A stretch of DNA of 64,000 bases. Origin: an uncultured delta proteobacterium. Its GTDB lineage: Bacteria > Bdellovibrionota > FAC87 > UBA2466. Below are positions 60,682-64,000 of this stretch, one piece after another. The DNA lies in NCBI GenBank assembly GCA_963778115.1, contig CAVZSV010000004.1, positions 2,080,001 to 2,144,000 of the forward strand, read 5' to 3'. Each line of letters opens with the position of its first letter. Position 1 is the first letter of the stretch. The position numbers were made by a program, and so were the translations under genes. The notes under the pieces were generated by a model. It saw nothing but the letters and a program-made list of their open reading frames with translations, was not told the origin of the DNA and did no database searches.

Positions 60682-61295
60682 AGCTTTTAATCGCTTCGGG
60701 AAACGCTGGAAAAGTAGTCGAGTTTAGAGCGCTTCTTGCTAAGGATGTTGCTAGGGACTTAGAGTTAGTCGGAATTGGCGATCCGTCACTAAACAAAATA
60801 AAGCCCCCTGATGTCCCCGAAAACGGGGATACCTATTTCGAAAACGCTCTTATCAAAGCGGTTAAATACCACGCTCTCTACCGGCTTCCGGTGCTTGCGG
60901 ACGATAGTGGACTTGAGGTCGATGCTTTGGGGGGCCGGCCTGGCGTCCATTCAGCAATCTACGGAGGCTCTGGTCTCGATTTTCCCCAAAGATGCCAAAA
61001 AATCTTGGAGGAATTAAAGCCCCATTCCCCGCTTCGTTGGACCGCGAGGTTTCGGTGTGTGCTCTGTTATTGGGAAGGCCATAACGGGGTTCCTCTCTTC
61101 TTTCAGGGAACCACCGAGGGAAAAATCGCTCCGGCGCCTGCCGGGAAAAACGGATTCGGGTACGACCCCATCTTTTATTCGACCGAGTTGGGGTTAACTT
61201 TTGGCGAAGCCGACACCGCGACCAAGGACCGGATTAGCCACCGGGCGGAGGCGGTTAGGTCATTTCTGAAGTGGTGGGAGCTTGACCGCACCTAA
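60678..61295 (+). CDS. rdgB: Non-canonical purine NTP pyrophosphatase (RdgB/HAM1)
   Basis: ASGNAGK, ENA.IKA, ADDSGL, GFGYDPIF, K..ISHR. Confidence 0.96.
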   Translation: MKLLIASGNAGKVVEFRALLAKDVARDLELVGIGDPSLNKIKPPDVPENGDTYFENALIKAVKYHALYRLPVLADDSGLEVDALGGRPGVHSAIYGGSGLDFPQRCQKILEELKPHSPLRWTARFRCVLCYWEGHNGVPLFFQGTTEGKIAPAPAGKNGFGYDPIFYSTELGLTFGEADTATKDRISHRAEAVRSFLKWWELDRT

Positions 61296-61310
61296 CTCGT
61301 TGGGTACCTT
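61282..61310 (+). promoter_or_regulatory. Putative sigma70 promoter of tRNA-Phe
   Basis: TTGACC-N17-TACCTT, 21 nt upstream of the tRNA. Confidence 0.6.
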
Positions 61311-61331
61311 CAGTTGCTATTTATTGCCGAA

Positions 61332-61404
61332 GCCCAGGTAGCTCAGTCGGTAGAGCAGAGGATTGAAAATCCTCGTGTGGGGGGTTCGATTCCCTCCCTG
61401 GGCA
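61332..61404 (+). tRNA. tRNA-Phe (GAA); CCA not encoded
   Basis: GCCCAGG/CCTGGGC acceptor stem, GAGGA-TTGAAAA-TCCTC anticodon arm, TTCGATT T-loop. Confidence 0.97.
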
Positions 61405-61405
61405 T

Positions 61406-61430
61406 TTCAATTCGCCTTCGGCGAATTGAA
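61406..61430 (+). terminator. Hairpin immediately 3' of tRNA-Phe (probable terminator)
   Basis: TTCAATTCGCC-TTC-GGCGAATTGAA perfect inverted repeat; no clear U-tract. Confidence 0.55.
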
Positions 61431-61432
61431 CC

Positions 61433-61462
61433 TTAAGTATTAATCTTAAGGTTAATACTTAA
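61433..61462. repeat. AT-rich 11-8-11 inverted repeat
   Basis: TTAAGTATTAA-TCTTAAGG-TTAATACTTAA. Confidence 0.8.
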
Positions 61463-61561
61463 CCTAACCACCCGTCTAAAACTCTCCCTCCCTGTTCGAA
61501 TTCCAGTAGTCTCCTTAGGCACGACCCTCGACGTATTCCCGACGATAACACCTTCAAATTT

Positions 61562-61577
61562 AGGTATTCGCTTTGCA
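61562..61577 (+). promoter_or_regulatory. Putative sigma54 promoter
   Basis: AGGTAT-TCGCT-TTGCA (GG-N10-GC), about 40 nt upstream of the ORF at 61619. Confidence 0.45.
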
Positions 61578-61618
61578 CCACTATCCCTAGGGATGTCGAG
61601 AAAGAGAGAGGAGAGGTC

Positions 61619-62545
61619 ATGCGCGTTTCGCGCCGCGGCCCGGTCTTTGTCTGGATCGTCCTTTCCTTGTGTATTTCGGTTTCGGCCGCTGAGAGCAAAT
61701 CCATCCAAGAAACTGAAGTCACAACTAAGGGAGGAAATTCCTATACCCTGAAAAGTCCCTACGCCTACGAAGATCCTCTGACCCCCTACGGATCTTTGTC
61801 GGCTGAAGATCAAAGGCGCTTTCAAGAAAATCGAGAAAAACTCCTAGCTCTCGTCGCAAATAGCTTAGAAAAAGTCATCCCTCCCGAAAAAACCGAAAAG
61901 TCCCTTAAGACCTTTGACGGGATCCTGTGGAATCAGGCGGGACTCATCGCTAAAGCAAATGAGATTGGTGTTAGTGGCGAGGTCGGCGGAGATATAGGTG
62001 CCAAGGTCGGAAAATATGGATTCCATGGTGTCACAGGGATTGGACTCATCGTTGCTTACGACAGGGATAGGCGGGCTCTAGTCATCGAGCTTTATCAAGA
62101 TCTCGATCGAACGAAAGTAGCGATCCCCTTTTATGCTGGTGGGGGCGGTTTCGGGAGTGTTCTGCTCAGTGTGAGCCATTCGAATCCGAACGAGCCTTTG
62201 CGAGTAGAAAAAGGAAGTGGGTTTTCCGCTTACGGTGAAATAGGCCCTTTTAGTTGTGGCGTTGCTGGTTGTGTTACTGATCGCAATTTACGAGTAGGTT
62301 TTAGTACGGGCGTTGGAGCAGGATGGCCTCCAGCCGCTTTACTTACTAACGAAGTCCAGCGTGTCCCCTATGCACGTGTGGCATTTAGCCCAAGCTTTCC
62401 CTACGTCCATCCCAAAGTGCTAGGAGCAGAGCAGGCCAAGCGAGCGGCGACAACCGTGGTGACAAAACCCCTCGAGTTGCTATCGAGTGTTATCCAAAGC
62501 TGCAGCGATGCCCTGGGTTCCTTAAGGAAGCGAGGGGACCTATGA
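61619..62545 (+). CDS. Exported hypothetical protein with Gly-rich beta-strands
   Basis: Signal peptide; SD AGGAGAGG; 308 aa. Confidence 0.75.
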   Translation: MRVSRRGPVFVWIVLSLCISVSAAESKSIQETEVTTKGGNSYTLKSPYAYEDPLTPYGSLSAEDQRRFQENREKLLALVANSLEKVIPPEKTEKSLKTFDGILWNQAGLIAKANEIGVSGEVGGDIGAKVGKYGFHGVTGIGLIVAYDRDRRALVIELYQDLDRTKVAIPFYAGGGGFGSVLLSVSHSNPNEPLRVEKGSGFSAYGEIGPFSCGVAGCVTDRNLRVGFSTGVGAGWPPAALLTNEVQRVPYARVAFSPSFPYVHPKVLGAEQAKRAATTVVTKPLELLSSVIQSCSDALGSLRKRGDL

Positions 62546-64000
62546 CGGCAAGTCGCGCCTCAGTCCTTCTGCTGCTGGAGAGTCTTAGCATGATAGCGTT
62601 GGGTGCAGATTTCGAAGATCTCCCCACCCTTTCGATGCTTAGCACTTCATGTGAAACCGCCTTTGAGGATCTGTCGTTTCAAGGCCGACCTATTACGAAT
62701 CAGCAGATCGCTCATACGTTGGGACTGGCGAGACTGAATCGAGAGGAACGCAATCGCTACCTTTCGCCTTTGACGCCGGAAGAGATTTTTGCGGAGTTGC
62801 AGCAAGCCTTGGCGATCCGCTGGCAATTGGTGGGCGCTGATCTCCATGAACTTCCCCAAAGTGTGATGCCAGATCGAAAGACTTTGGAACTTGCGTTTCC
62901 GCATTTAAAGACAAATCCCGATAGAGAGCTAAGCCCCGCCGTGGAGCAAGGATTTCAAAGAGACGTTCTGGAACAAGGTGTCTCTCGTCTCGCGAAACAA
63001 TTGGCGGGCGACCTAAACGCTAAAGCTTCCGTGTTTGAGAAGCGTGAGCTTTTTAAAAGGATAGTAAACGACCTGGATAGCCATCCCCTCTCCTGGTACC
63101 ACCAAACCCGAGTCGATCAGATTATTGATCAACTGATTGGATTTCAAAACGAGAGAGTGACCCGAGAATTGCGCTCCCGCCGACCGGACGAAAAATCTCA
63201 AGGCGAAAAAAATGCGGAGACCTATGATGAAGCTGCGCCTTCGTTACTGTTAACGCCCTATCACGAATTGAGAACGATCTTTAATCTCCCTTCTTTGGGT
63301 ATTAGGCCCGGATCGAAAGTGGTGGATTTGGGAGCGGGAACGGGACGTCTTGGCGTTTTTCTCGGCCTAATGAAGCCGGATATCGATTTTATCGGATACG
63401 AAATTGTTCCCGGGCGAGTAGCGGAAGGTCAAAGGACCATCAAAGATCTGGGACTCGAAAAACACGTTTCGCTGCTATCTCAGGACCTGAGCGACAAAAA
63501 CTTTAAGCCCGCCGCGGCCGATATCTACTATGCCTTTAATCCCGTAAGCGGAGAAACCTTCGATAAGCTTCTAGAAGACTTGCGGCAGGTAGGACTCAAA
63601 AGCGGAAAGCGCTTCAAGTTGGTTCTCTTCGGTCCCTCTCCCTTTCCCAAAGCAGACGCTCAACCTTGGTTGCAGCGATTGACTTCGGCGGATATTCCCC
63701 AAGATCCTGAACTCGCGGTTTACGAATTTGTTCCAGAAAAGGCCCAGGGAAAGACTCTGGCGGTAGAAGGCTGGCAGAACATTCAGGGCAAGAAACGCTC
63801 TGAGGAGCGCCCTGTCCCTCACTATCCCGCCACCCGGGAAGTCCATGATGATGATTATGGAGTCTTGCACGGAGCCTATGGCTCTCCTCATAATGAACCC
63901 ACGTCCGTGCTTTCAAGCACTTTACCCAGCTTTCTTTCGGGCTGGGGACCGGCTACCGGACTCTCCATATCTGAAAAAGAAGGGGCTCTTCTAGTGACCT
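62542..64000 (+). CDS. Class I SAM-dependent methyltransferase-domain protein (3'-truncated by window; absent from the ORF track)
   Basis: ATG at 62542 overlaps the upstream stop and the frame stays open to 64000 (about 486 codons): VVDLGAGTGRLG, GYEIVPGRV, QDL, ADIYYAFNP. Confidence 0.82.
   Translation, partial: MTASRASVLLLLESLSMIALGADFEDLPTLSMLSTSCETAFEDLSFQGRPITNQQIAHTLGLARLNREERNRYLSPLTPEEIFAELQQALAIRWQLVGADLHELPQSVMPDRKTLELAFPHLKTNPDRELSPAVEQGFQRDVLEQGVSRLAKQLAGDLNAKASVFEKRELFKRIVNDLDSHPLSWYHQTRVDQIIDQLIGFQNERVTRELRSRRPDEKSQGEKNAETYDEAAPSLLLTPYHELRTIFNLPSLGIRPGSKVVDLGAGTGRLGVFLGLMKPDIDFIGYEIVPGRVAEGQRTIKDLGLEKHVSLLSQDLSDKNFKPAAADIYYAFNPVSGETFDKLLEDLRQVGLKSGKRFKLVLFGPSPFPKADAQPWLQRLTSADIPQDPELAVYEFVPEKAQGKTLAVEGWQNIQGKKRSEERPVPHYPATREVHDDDYGVLHGAYGSPHNEPTSVLSSTLPSFLSGWGPATGLSISEKEGALLVT

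Overview
A mostly core, origin-proximal chromosomal segment (about 50% GC by eye). Gene content and order suggest a Bdellovibrionota/Oligoflexia-like (former Deltaproteobacteria) bacterium, which is an inference. In order it carries: an rsmG 3' tail with two parS sites; parA-parB-bactofilin; atpF'FHAGDC (no atpB/atpE) plus queE; a lipA-E1a-E1b-E2-lpdA-lipB 2-oxoacid dehydrogenase cluster; two ferredoxins, glycerate kinase, an orphan DpnA-like DNA methyltransferase, a diiron ferritin-like enzyme and dtd; amgK-murU; several large secreted or lipoprotein hypotheticals; a lytic transglycosylase; ftsW-murG-murC-murB-patatin; a CHASE2 kinase/NtrC-type regulator pair; rpsU-yqeY-mpg-dnaG-rpoD-tRNA-Ile2-zinc ribbon-rnhA; queA, SpoIID, amidase, a frameshifted rph, rdgB, tRNA-Phe, and an exported-protein pair ending in a methyltransferase that runs off the window. 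I saw no CRISPR array, integrase or transposase, and no clearly new multi-gene system. The best leads are an unassigned structured RNA candidate (51399-51557), a murG with no start codon that one extra A would fuse to ftsW, four sigma54 promoters in front of envelope/secreted genes (one with a multi-hairpin leader), an 11-8-11 palindrome after tRNA-Phe, and recurrent leaderless gene starts. Several single-base indels may be assembly errors.
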